A DNA stretch of 64,000 nucleotides from Candidatus Binatia bacterium (GTDB taxonomy: Bacteria > Desulfobacterota > Binatia > UBA9968 > JAJDTQ01). The notes below the pieces were generated by a model. It did no database searches. It saw only the letters and a list, made by a program, of their open reading frames with translations, and had not been told where the DNA came from. Within the stretch, counting starts at the first letter, position 1; each line of letters starts with the position of its first letter. Location of the stretch: contig OY762897.2 of assembly GCA_963666515.2 (NCBI GenBank), positions 2,400,001-2,464,000 of the forward strand, read 5' to 3'. A program made the position numbers and the translations under genes. Positions 1-8,430 of this stretch are shown here, piece by piece.

Positions 1-1307
1 GGCTGGGTCAACTCCAGGAACGCGGTCATGAGGATGGCCGTGAGACCGCCGGCGGTCATGCCGTTCCGAAGCAGCCCCCCCGCGAACCCGGAAACGTGCT
101 CCGGGAACACCACGCCATTGTGGAACCCGACGCCGATCCAGAAAGCGACGCCGACCACCAGCCCCTTGCGGTAGTCGATCCCGTCCTGAAGCACCATCTT
201 CATGCCGATGACGAAGAGCATCGCGACGATGACGGTCATGTAGGCGGCGATCACCGGGGTCGGTATCGCCACCACCAGGGCGAGGGCCTTGGGAAGGAAT
301 GCCAGCGCCATGAGGAGCGCCCCCGCGGCCACCCCGAGGCTCCGGGCGGCGACGCCGGTCAGCTCGGCGACCGATACCGCGGTGGTGTAGGCGGTGTTCG
401 GCACCGTGCCGGCGAGGCCGGAAACCAAGTTGCCGAGCCCGTCCACGGTCGCCGCGCCCTGCACCGCCCGGAAATCCACGGCCCGGGGCCGGCGCCACGA
501 CGTGCGCTGGGCCGCGACGGAGCTGCTGATGGTTCGGATGGAGCCGATGGTCGCCGCCAGCAGGAAGGCCGGGAGGAGCGCCCAGAACGCCGGCCCGAAG
601 TCGAGGGCCAAGCCCGGCCACCGGCCATCGGGCAGCCCGACCCACGGCGCCTCCGCAACGGGGCTCATGTCGTAGATCCCGAAAAGCGCCGCGGCCACGG
701 CGCCGCACACGATGCCGAGAACCGGCGCCCACAGCCGCAACGCTCCCGTCGCCTTCAGCGCGAGGCCGACGACCACCAGCACCGTGACCAGGGCGCTCAG
801 CGGCGCCGCGGCCGCGGGGCTCCCGTCCGGCACGTCCCCCAGCATGTCGAAGATGACCGGCATGACCGTCACCGGTATCAGCATGATCACGGTCCCCGAG
901 ACGGTGGGCGTCAGCACCCGCCGGAACAACGAGAGCCGGGCGGCCATGACGAACTGGAAAAGCGCGGCGGCGATCACCAGGGCGGCGAGCAGCGCCGGAC
1001 CGCCTTCGGCCACCGCGCTGATACAGACTGCGATGAAGGCCCCCGAGCTGCCCATCATGAGCGCGTGACCCATGCCGATGCGGCCGAGCCGGACCGTTTG
1101 CAGCACCGTCACCGCGCCGCAGATGAAGGTGGCGGCGAACACGGCCCACGCCACGTGGGTCTCGGCGGCGCCAGCGGCCCGCATCACCACGGTGGGGATC
1201 AGGATGGTTACGGTGGCGCTGATGACCGCGAGCTGCAGGCCCAGACCCAGGGAGACCGCTACGGGAGGCTGTTCGTCGGGCTGGAAGCGGATGCCGGTGG
1301 TGGTCAA
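1..1307 (-). CDS. Xanthine/uracil/vitamin C (NCS2) family permease, 3' end outside the window
   Basis: Manual minus-strand translation from TTG at 1307 (GAGAGGA SD upstream): MTTTGIRFQPDEQPPVAVSLGLGLQLAV...VLQTVRLGRIG...TPTVSGTVIMLI. Hydrophobic and typical of an NCS2 N-terminus. Absent from the ORF track because it runs off the window edge. Confidence 0.8.
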   Translation of the reverse strand, partial: MTTTGIRFQPDEQPPVAVSLGLGLQLAVISATVTILIPTVVMRAAGAAETHVAWAVFAATFICGAVTVLQTVRLGRIGMGHALMMGSSGAFIAVCISAVAEGGPALLAALVIAAALFQFVMAARLSLFRRVLTPTVSGTVIMLIPVTVMPVIFDMLGDVPDGSPAAAAPLSALVTVLVVVGLALKATGALRLWAPVLGIVCGAVAAALFGIYDMSPVAEAPWVGLPDGRWPGLALDFGPAFWALLPAFLLAATIGSIRTISSSVAAQRTSWRRPRAVDFRAVQGAATVDGLGNLVSGLAGTVPNTAYTTAVSVAELTGVAARSLGVAAGALLMALAFLPKALALVVAIPTPVIAAYMTVIVAMLFVIGMKMVLQDGIDYRKGLVVGVAFWIGVGFHNGVVFPEHVSGFAGGLLRNGMTAGGLTAILMTAFLELTQ

Positions 1308-1448
1308 TCTCGTCCTCTCACGCGGTTTTCCAGGATATCCCGGCGCCTTCCCGGATTCAATCCGAGACCGCCTGTCGCTACGGGAAATTGTCGGGTAAAG
1401 TGAAGCGACCGTTGCCCGCGGGGGTTTCGGTCAACGGAGGGGGAGATC

Positions 1449-2171
1449 ATGCCGGACGACTACAACCTGGAAGGGACGCCGGAAGCCATGCGCGCGCCGC
1501 TCGGGCGCTACGCCGAGACCCTGAAGGAGCTTGCCGGAGACAACGCCCGGTCGCTCATCCTGTACGGCGCGGTCGCGGCCGGAACCTTCAATCCCCGTTC
1601 CCACACGGCGCGGAGCGTCTTCGTGGTGGGCGCGGTGGACCTGGAGGTGCTGCGACAGTTGGCGCGGCAGGGTCCGCGGCTCGGCAAGGCGCGCATCGCC
1701 GCGCCGCTGATCATGACGCCGGAATACATCGACGCCTCGCTGGATACGTTCCCGCTGGAGTTCCTGGAGATCGCCCAGCGCCACATCTGCGTGTTCGGAG
1801 AGGACCATTTCCGGGAACTGCCCTTGCAGGCCGCGGACGTGAGGCATCAGTGCGAGCGCGAGTTGAAGACCATCCAGCTCGGCATGAGGCAGGCGCTGCT
1901 GGCCGCGGCGGGCCGGGACAAGGCCCTGAACACCGTGGAGGTGGACGTGGGAGAGCGGCTGCTGCGGTCGCTTCGCGGTCTGCTCTGGCTTCACGGCGAG
2001 ACCGGGCCCAAGGCCGCGCTGGATGCGGTGGCCGCGGTCGAGGAAGGCGTCCACCGGTCGCTGCCGGGGGTCCGCAGCGCCATCGACGACCGCAGCCAAC
2101 ACGGCTGGGAGGAGTTCAAGACCCTGTACGCGGACGTGGACGCCCTGAGGACCCATATCGATGCGTGGTAG
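1449..2171 (+). CDS. Nucleotidyltransferase-fold protein associated with TPM/LemA, degenerate catalytic motif
   Basis: SLILYGAVAAG..., PLIMT.EYI..SLDTFPLEFLEI...FGED, QCERELK; GGAGG SD; lies upstream of the TPM and LemA genes. Confidence 0.7.
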   Translation: MPDDYNLEGTPEAMRAPLGRYAETLKELAGDNARSLILYGAVAAGTFNPRSHTARSVFVVGAVDLEVLRQLARQGPRLGKARIAAPLIMTPEYIDASLDTFPLEFLEIAQRHICVFGEDHFRELPLQAADVRHQCERELKTIQLGMRQALLAAAGRDKALNTVEVDVGERLLRSLRGLLWLHGETGPKAALDAVAAVEEGVHRSLPGVRSAIDDRSQHGWEEFKTLYADVDALRTHIDAW

Positions 2172-3006
2172 CGCCGGCCAGCCCTTCTTGCGGCCGGCGG
2201 CGGTGCTGTGTCTCGCCGCGCTGGCCCTGCTCGCTCCCGCGTCCGCCGGGGCGGTGACGGTCAAGGACCCCGGCCGCTACGTGGTGGACACCGCCGGCCT
2301 CATCGACGCCGCCACGGAACGCAGGATGGAGGGCTGGCTGCGCGAGCTGGAGCAGAAGACCACGGCCCAGGTCAAGGTGCTCACCGTGCCCACCACCGGA
2401 GGCGAGGACTTCTTCGGCTTCGTGCAGCGCCACGCCGAGGCCTGGAAGCTCGGCCGCAAGGGCAAAGATAACGGCGCCCTCATCGCCCTCGCCGTCAAGG
2501 AGCGGCGGGTGCGGGTCCACACCGGCTACGGCCTCGAAGGGGTGCTGCCCGACTCCTGGGCCGGCACGGCCTCCCGCCGGGTCGCTACGGACTTCTTCAG
2601 GGCGGGGAAGTACGCCCAGGGATTGATGGCCCTCACCGTCGCCACCGCCAACCGGGTGGCAGACGCCGCGCGCGTGAAGCTTACCGGCGCACCGGACTAC
2701 CGTATCCGCGGCGGACGCCGCGGCGTGACCAACACCGGCATCGGCGCCTCGCTGATGCCGCTGCTGATCTTGCTGTTCGTCTTCAGCTCCCTGCGGAGGC
2801 GCCGTCACCACGCCGCCTGGGGCGGCCGGGGCGCGGCCTCGGGCTTCCTGATGGGCGCCGTCCTCGGAAGCCTCCTGGGGGCGGGCGGGCGCTCCTGGGG
2901 GGGCGGCTTCGGCGGCGGTCTGGGAGGAGGCTTCGGAGGCGGGTTCGGCGGTTCCTTCGGGGGAGGCGGCGGCTTCGGCGGCGGAGGAGGAGGAGCCGGG
3001 TGGTGA
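2161..3006 (+). CDS. TPM domain (YgcG-like) membrane protein
   Basis: Signal peptide, YVVDTAGLI, WKLGRKGKDNGALI, TGYGLEGVLPD, a TM helix and a Gly-rich tail GGGFGGGGGGAGW. Confidence 0.9.
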   Translation: MRGSAGQPFLRPAAVLCLAALALLAPASAGAVTVKDPGRYVVDTAGLIDAATERRMEGWLRELEQKTTAQVKVLTVPTTGGEDFFGFVQRHAEAWKLGRKGKDNGALIALAVKERRVRVHTGYGLEGVLPDSWAGTASRRVATDFFRAGKYAQGLMALTVATANRVADAARVKLTGAPDYRIRGGRRGVTNTGIGASLMPLLILLFVFSSLRRRRHHAAWGGRGAASGFLMGAVLGSLLGAGGRSWGGGFGGGLGGGFGGGFGGSFGGGGGFGGGGGGAGW

Positions 3007-3100
3007 GGCCGGCCCTTCCGGGGCTTGCTGCCGGGGCCGGCGGGCGCGGGGATGTGAAACCCGTCCCTGCTTGACTGTCCCTGCGATCCGTGGATAGCTC

Positions 3101-3694
3101 ATGGAGGCAAGGAGAAACGGTGTGAGCGCATCGAGGATTCTATTGATAATGCTGGCGGCCATCGTCGGCATGGTGCTGCTGGCGGGCGGTTGTGTCCTCA
3201 ACGGCTACAACCGGGCCATCACCCTGGACGAGGGGGTCAAGAACCAGTGGGCGCAGGTGGAGAACCAGCTCCAGCGCCGCTTCGAGCTGATTCCCAACCT
3301 GCTTGAGACGGTCAAGGGGGTAGCCAAGCAGGAGGAGAAGATCTTCCTGGGAGTGGCCAATGCCCGCAAAGCCTACTTCCAGGCGAACACGGTCAACCAG
3401 AAGGCGCAGGCCGCCGTCGGCTTCGAGCGGGCATTGTCCCGGCTGCTGGTCTTGCGGGAGCGATACCCGCAACTCAAGTCCAACCAGTCCTTCCTGAAGC
3501 TCCAGGACCAGCTCGAAGGCACCGAGAACCGCCTTGCGGTGGAGCGCAAGCGCTTCAACGACGCCGTCACCGCGGTCAACACCTTCGTGCGCAGGCTGCC
3601 GGGCCGTTTCTACGCGGGCCTCGCCGGTGTGGAGAAGGCAGAGTACTTCCAGGTGGAAGAGGCGGCGCGGGAAACACCGAGAGTCAGCTTCTAG
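3101..3694 (+). CDS. lemA: LemA family protein
   Basis: YN..ITLDE.V..QWAQVENQLQRRFELIPNL, ERYPQLKSNQSFLKLQDQLEGTENRLAVER.RFN. The true start may be GTG at 3122 (AGGAGA SD). Confidence 0.93.
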   Translation: MEARRNGVSASRILLIMLAAIVGMVLLAGGCVLNGYNRAITLDEGVKNQWAQVENQLQRRFELIPNLLETVKGVAKQEEKIFLGVANARKAYFQANTVNQKAQAAVGFERALSRLLVLRERYPQLKSNQSFLKLQDQLEGTENRLAVERKRFNDAVTAVNTFVRRLPGRFYAGLAGVEKAEYFQVEEAARETPRVSF

Positions 3695-3724
3695 GAATTC
3701 CGCACACTACGGGCGATCTACGAC

Positions 3725-4808
3725 CTACAGCACTTGCTTCAGCAAGAACGCCATGTCGTCGGACGCCTCTTCATTAGCCAGCCAGTTCTCGCGCCGTGCC
3801 AGGAGCAACATCGGCTGAAGCCGTTCCAAGAGCGTCGTGCCGCGCAGCTCTGCGCGAACCATATCCGGGGAAAGGCGACCCATCGTGGCCAAGAGCCAGT
3901 TGTTGCCGTGTCCACCGGCATTCACGGCTGCTACCAGTGATTTCAGCACACTGACGCTGTCAATTACACGCAGGGCCTCCGACGCAGCCGGCGCCCGCCG
4001 TGCATCCCCGTCCATGAGAATTGCGACGAGGAGATCAATCACGTCTTCCGGCGTATCCGGTCCGAAGGCAGCAATGGCATGTAAGGCCACGTTGTCTTCG
4101 TCGTCTGCGATGAAAGGCAGGAGTTCCCGATAGGATTTCAAGCCGGCCTTTCCGAGACCCCAAATCCCTGCCTGCCGCCGTTCGTCATGGCGAAACCTTA
4201 CATCACCAGCGGCAAGGCGCAGTTGTTCCCGCGCAAATTCGTTCTTTAACTCTGTAAGGATCAGGATCGCCTCCATGCCCATCTCCGCGGCACCACCCTC
4301 GGCCCAAAGCGTCTCCACGATCCGTTTTTCTCCCAATTTTGAGCCCAGCGCCGTTGCACTGCCGGCCGCTTCGAGTCGCACGCGATTTTCCTGTTCCGTG
4401 TCGAGAATTCCGTCAAGGGCCAAAACAGCACGATCCCGGAGGTCGGCACGGAAACGCAGCGCCTTCACGGCCGCATACCGATCTACAGAACTTGCTGCGG
4501 CAACGTCACGGAGCGGGTCATAGCGAACCCGCATCCCAAGCCCTTTCGGGGTTGTTCGGCGCATCGCTCATTCGGATCATGAGGTCGCTCTTGGCCCGGA
4601 CTTCGACCCGCATGCCGGTCTTCACACAAAGCAGATCCGGCAAGCGAAGCCGCTTGACTTTGATTGCCCAGATCTTGTTCGACGTGCAGTTGCGTTCCAG
4701 CTCGATAGGTTCGAATCCCCGGTCCTTGAGTTCGGACAGAACGCTGTGCACACCCAAGGCGCCCATTGTCAGAAACCGCAGGAAGCTGGAATTTACCTTG
4801 AACCCCAT
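3725..4808 (-). pseudogene. Putative restriction endonuclease with N-terminal PD-(D/E)xK-like domain and C-terminal HEAT-like repeats, split across two frames
   Basis: 4518..4808 encodes KRLRLPDLLCVKTGMRVEVRAKS...WDAG and then stops. Another frame continues YDPLRD...DRYAAVKAL...RVRLEAA...RRQAGIWGLG (HEAT-like) to 3725. Lies immediately downstream of a C-protein gene and divergent from an MTase. Confidence 0.6.
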
Positions 4809-4814
4809 CGGCGG

Positions 4815-5045
4815 TCATCTTTGCCTTTGGCCTGTTTGGAGCAAGTCGCCTGGGTCCACGCCGAGAGCTTCGGCCAGAATGAAGATGTTCTCAAGGGAGA
4901 CGTTCCGCCGCCCACGCTCAATGGAACTGATGTAGGTCCTGTGAAGGCCGGCCCTGTCTGCCAGCGCTTCCTGGGAAAACCCGGTTGCCACCCTGATGCG
5001 CCGAAGGTTGGCGGCGAGTATGGTCTTGGGGCTGCTATCGATCAA
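4815..5045 (-). CDS. XRE-family HTH regulator, R-M controller (C) protein
   Basis: NLRRIR...SQEALADRAGLHRTYISSIERGRRNVSLENIFILAEALGV; C-box upstream. Confidence 0.88.
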   Translation of the reverse strand: MIDSSPKTILAANLRRIRVATGFSQEALADRAGLHRTYISSIERGRRNVSLENIFILAEALGVDPGDLLQTGQRQR

Positions 5046-5086
5046 ATTTCGGCCTCGACGGATTGCAGAAAGGCTAGAAATATGTC

Positions 5087-5112
5087 AACAATAAGTCTAC
5101 AGACTTTAAGTC
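5087..5112 (-). promoter_or_regulatory. C-box double operator
   Basis: Minus strand reads GACTTAAAGTC-TGTA-GACTTATTGTT, matching the GACT-N3-AGTC-N4-GACT architecture of PvuII/AhdI-type C-boxes; TAGCCT -10-like hexamer 10 nt downstream. Confidence 0.8.
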
Positions 5113-5137
5113 ACCCATCTGCATCGACGACGAGAGC

Positions 5138-6919
5138 ATGATGTCCCCCTTGGCTGCACTGCCGGAAACCATCACCGCACCGCGCACGGACGCCGTCTAC
5201 AACTGTCACGCCTATCTCACGAAGGTGCCCATCGCCGCCATACGGCCCTTTGTCGAAGCACTCTCTGCTCCCGGAGATACGGTCGTGGACTTCTTCGCAG
5301 GCTCGGGGATGACCGGCTTGGCCGCCCTGATGACCGGCCGCAAAGCGGTCCTCAGTGACATATCCGTACTCGGACAGCACGTTGCCAAGGGCTATCTGGC
5401 CGATGTCTCGCCGTCCGCGTTCCGCCACGCTGCTGCTGCGGTGGTCGAGACAGCGCGCGGCGCGCTGGGCGATCTGTACAGGACCCGTCGGGCCTCTGAC
5501 AGTGCCATTGTGGAAATGGCCCGCACCGTATGGTCCTTTGCCTATATCTGCCCTGCCTGCGCCGAAGAGATCATCTATTACGAACACATCACACCCCGCA
5601 GCGGTCCCCCGGAACAATGCCCCTCATGTGGCGGGCCGTTTGCACGCCGGAACTGGTCACGGGCGGGAGATGTGCCGGTTGACGTCGTGGTGACCGGAGA
5701 AGAAGGCAAACTCACTTCACAGGAAGTTTCCGATATTGACCGGAAAATGATCGCAATCGCCGCGGCCGATCCCCGTCGCAATGATGTGCCGTCCCTCCCC
5801 ATCGACGAAACTCGGGAGATGTACAGCCGGTCGGGGCTTGGGAAAGCAGGTCTGACGGAAACAGTCCGGTTCTTCGCGCCAAGGAACGCTATAGCGCTTC
5901 TTGAGTTGTGGAGCGCCATTCAGGCATATGAAGACAATGACATCCAACGCAAACTGAGTTTCGCCTTTACGGCGATTCTTCCACGAGCTTCCCGGCGCTA
6001 TCAGTGGAGCGCCAAGCGCCCGCTCAACGCACAGAACCAGACCTATTACATCGCTCCAGTCTACTACGAGTGGAATGTCTTCGACCTTTTCTGTCGGAAG
6101 GTAGAGGCGGTCCTGCGGGCCGATCGGGAGTTGTTCGGCGGAAGGAGTGAACCACTGTTCCGTCAAGTGAAGGGGCAGGATGTCTTGTATCAACTCGCGT
6201 CAGCGCACCGCCTGCCACACTTGCCGGACACGTCGGTGGACTACATCTTCACCGACCCGCCTTTCGGCAGCAACATCTTTTACAGCGATATGAGCCTGTT
6301 CCACGAAGCCTGGCTGGGTCGAACTACGGACAACGAAAGCGAGGCCGTTATCCACACTACGGGCGAACGGAAGAACGGCGCGGCCGAGCGCTATGAGGAC
6401 ATTTTGCGCGGCGCGTTCACGGAGGCATTTCGGGTCCTGAAGCCGAGTCGGTACATGTCTGTGGTGTTCGGCAACAGTAACGGCAGTATTTGGGGCCTTG
6501 TACAGCGTGCCCTGCGAGCCGCCGGATTCACGGGCACGCCCGTCCATGTCGCCATCCTCGACAAGGGCCAACGATCGGTCAAAGGTCTGAATTCCGGAAC
6601 CGAGACCGTGGCCACGGTGGACCTCGTCCTTACGGTTCAAAAGCCGGCAGTTGCGCAGCCGTCCGTTCAGGCTCACACGCTATCAAGCGGCGATGCGGCG
6701 GCATTGATCCGGGAATCGCTCGCCAACCTGACCGTCGAGCAAACCCGCAACGCCAGCTATATCTACGTCGGAATCCTGCGGCGGGCCATCCAGAAACACC
6801 GGATTCTGGACGATCTGCATCTCGGTGATGTGCTTGTTGAGCTACGGCGCGCCGGCTACACAATCGACCGCAAGACCGGAATGTTGCACCGCGACCCTGC
6901 CACGGTAACCGCGGCGTGA
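5138..6919 (+). CDS. Amino (N6A/N4C) DNA methyltransferase with inserted Zn-ribbon
   Basis: Motif I VDFFAGSGMTG, CPAC...CPSC, motif IV YIFTDPPF, FRVLKP. Confidence 0.9.
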   Translation: MMSPLAALPETITAPRTDAVYNCHAYLTKVPIAAIRPFVEALSAPGDTVVDFFAGSGMTGLAALMTGRKAVLSDISVLGQHVAKGYLADVSPSAFRHAAAAVVETARGALGDLYRTRRASDSAIVEMARTVWSFAYICPACAEEIIYYEHITPRSGPPEQCPSCGGPFARRNWSRAGDVPVDVVVTGEEGKLTSQEVSDIDRKMIAIAAADPRRNDVPSLPIDETREMYSRSGLGKAGLTETVRFFAPRNAIALLELWSAIQAYEDNDIQRKLSFAFTAILPRASRRYQWSAKRPLNAQNQTYYIAPVYYEWNVFDLFCRKVEAVLRADRELFGGRSEPLFRQVKGQDVLYQLASAHRLPHLPDTSVDYIFTDPPFGSNIFYSDMSLFHEAWLGRTTDNESEAVIHTTGERKNGAAERYEDILRGAFTEAFRVLKPSRYMSVVFGNSNGSIWGLVQRALRAAGFTGTPVHVAILDKGQRSVKGLNSGTETVATVDLVLTVQKPAVAQPSVQAHTLSSGDAAALIRESLANLTVEQTRNASYIYVGILRRAIQKHRILDDLHLGDVLVELRRAGYTIDRKTGMLHRDPATVTAA

Positions 6920-6938
6920 CCTTGTACCAAAATCACGG

Positions 6939-7748
6939 CTATCGACGCTCGCTCAGGAGCCTTACTGCATTCTCCCGCGTCAGCAACTCCACGTCCGCTT
7001 CCCGCTCCAGAAACGGGCGCACGTCCGCGGCCACCCGATCCCACGCCAGCGCGTCGAGGCGACCGCGGATCGTCGCCCGCCAGTTTTCGGGATGCAGCGC
7101 CTCGCCCGCCCAGCCGGTCTGACGCAACGCCGCGTTGAGCAGCGTGAGATTGGGCGCGGGCCACGCCGGGTCGCTCAAGTACCAGATCAGGTCGTACAGA
7201 TCCCGGCCCTTGGTATAGGGACGCTGCAAGAGCGCGTGCAGCTTGCCGGCGAGCAGCGAAGCGCGGTCGTGGTGGCGAAGCCGCAGCGTCACGTGGCGGC
7301 GCACCAGGCAGATCGCCAGGATCGCCCCTGCTGGAGGCCGGGTATCGACCTCGATCCTGATGGCGAGGCTTTCGTCCGGATGCGGTGAGAGTCCTGCCTC
7401 ATGCAACAGCCCCCGGAAGCGCACGAACGCGCTGTGATCCGGGTTCCGGTCACGCACCGCGAGGCCGACGGCGTAACCCTCGCGGGAGAGTTCCGCGCGG
7501 ACGGCCTTCAACCAGGCCCGCAGGTCATAGGCCTCGGGGTCGCCTTCAAGGGTGAAGTCGAGGTCTTCCGAGTAGCGCGGGAGGGCGAAGATAAAGCGCA
7601 GGCATGTGCCGCCCTGGAACGCCAGCGACATCATTGCCCCCTCTCGTTGCAGGACGCCCAGGATGCGCGCCTGAAGGTATTCGCGCGCAATGTTGCGGCC
7701 CTGCAACGGGCCGGCCGCCTGCATGAGATCCAGCAGATGGGCTTTCAC
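6939..7748 (-). CDS. abiEii: AbiEii/AbiGii nucleotidyltransferase toxin (type IV TA)
   Basis: AFQGGTCLR....PRYSEDLDF, AGKLHALL, KGRDLYDL. Confidence 0.9.
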   Translation of the reverse strand: MKAHLLDLMQAAGPLQGRNIAREYLQARILGVLQREGAMMSLAFQGGTCLRFIFALPRYSEDLDFTLEGDPEAYDLRAWLKAVRAELSREGYAVGLAVRDRNPDHSAFVRFRGLLHEAGLSPHPDESLAIRIEVDTRPPAGAILAICLVRRHVTLRLRHHDRASLLAGKLHALLQRPYTKGRDLYDLIWYLSDPAWPAPNLTLLNAALRQTGWAGEALHPENWRATIRGRLDALAWDRVAADVRPFLEREADVELLTRENAVRLLSERR

Positions 7749-8383
7749 AGCGCCTCGTAGGACCCGGTCCGGTCTTCCGCCAGGGAACGGACGTGTCGCG
7801 CCGCTCGCAACAGCTTGGGCTTGGCCGCGGCCTGCGCCAGACGGTCCAACTCGTCCAGGTCCAGCGCCTCCAGGTCCAACCGCAACTCATCGATGTACGC
7901 CGGTTCGTCGCCGCCGGGACACAGATGGACGACATCGAGCAACGCCTTCTCGGGCGAGGCCACGAACGCCGTCTGTCTCGGGCCGACATCGACCTCACGG
8001 TAGCCGTAAAGCAGATCGACCTTGACGTGACGAAAGGAAAAGCGGCCCAGCGCGGTCCGGCGAAGTTGCGGCCTGCCGGACGCTACGCTGGTAACCTCGG
8101 CGACGTATTCGGGAATGCAATGCGCATGCGCCAGCGCCGAAAGGCCGCTTACGTAAGACCCTCGCACAAGGCGGTTGGCGACCAGAAAGGGATGCGGTGT
8201 CCGTTTACGATACGGGGGAGCCAGCGCGTACAGCTCACGCCGTAGCCGGTGAATCCGCCCGGCGCGGGTCCAGCGGGCGAGCTGGTGCCTGACCCTTACG
8301 GGATCGGCCTCCCCGCAAAGAAGCAACCCCGTCTCGAACACCGGCTCGTCGGCAACGATTTCGAGCAATCGGTGAAACTTCAC
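7745..8383 (-). CDS. abiEi: AbiEi antitoxin / transcriptional regulator
   Basis: LARW...G.IHRLRRELY, SYVSGLSALA....IPE....VTSV, ASPEKALLD; 4-nt overlap with abiEii. Confidence 0.88.
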   Translation of the reverse strand: MKFHRLLEIVADEPVFETGLLLCGEADPVRVRHQLARWTRAGRIHRLRRELYALAPPYRKRTPHPFLVANRLVRGSYVSGLSALAHAHCIPEYVAEVTSVASGRPQLRRTALGRFSFRHVKVDLLYGYREVDVGPRQTAFVASPEKALLDVVHLCPGGDEPAYIDELRLDLEALDLDELDRLAQAAAKPKLLRAARHVRSLAEDRTGSYEAL

Positions 8384-8389
8384 GGAAAA

Positions 8390-8418
8390 AAAGTATCAAA
8401 TATGTCAAGTTAATGCAA
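8390..8418 (-). promoter_or_regulatory. Sigma70-like promoter, probably leaderless abiEi transcript
   Basis: Minus strand TTGCAT-N17-TACTTT with extended TG, 6 nt before the GTG start; no SD. Confidence 0.5.
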
Positions 8419-8430
8419 TGATTTATGCCA

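Noticed and set aside
96-1403. 435-aa plus-strand ORF, and similar long ORFs such as 23996..27301, 8423..10843, 31364..33511 and 53333..55831
   Set aside because: Shadow or alternate-frame ORFs typical of high-GC DNA; each overlaps a gene with clear family motifs
5078-8408. AAATATGTCAA direct repeat at 5078 and 8398
   Set aside because: Both copies contain a TTGACA promoter-like element in AT-rich leaders and do not bracket the island, so they are unlikely to be a target-site duplication
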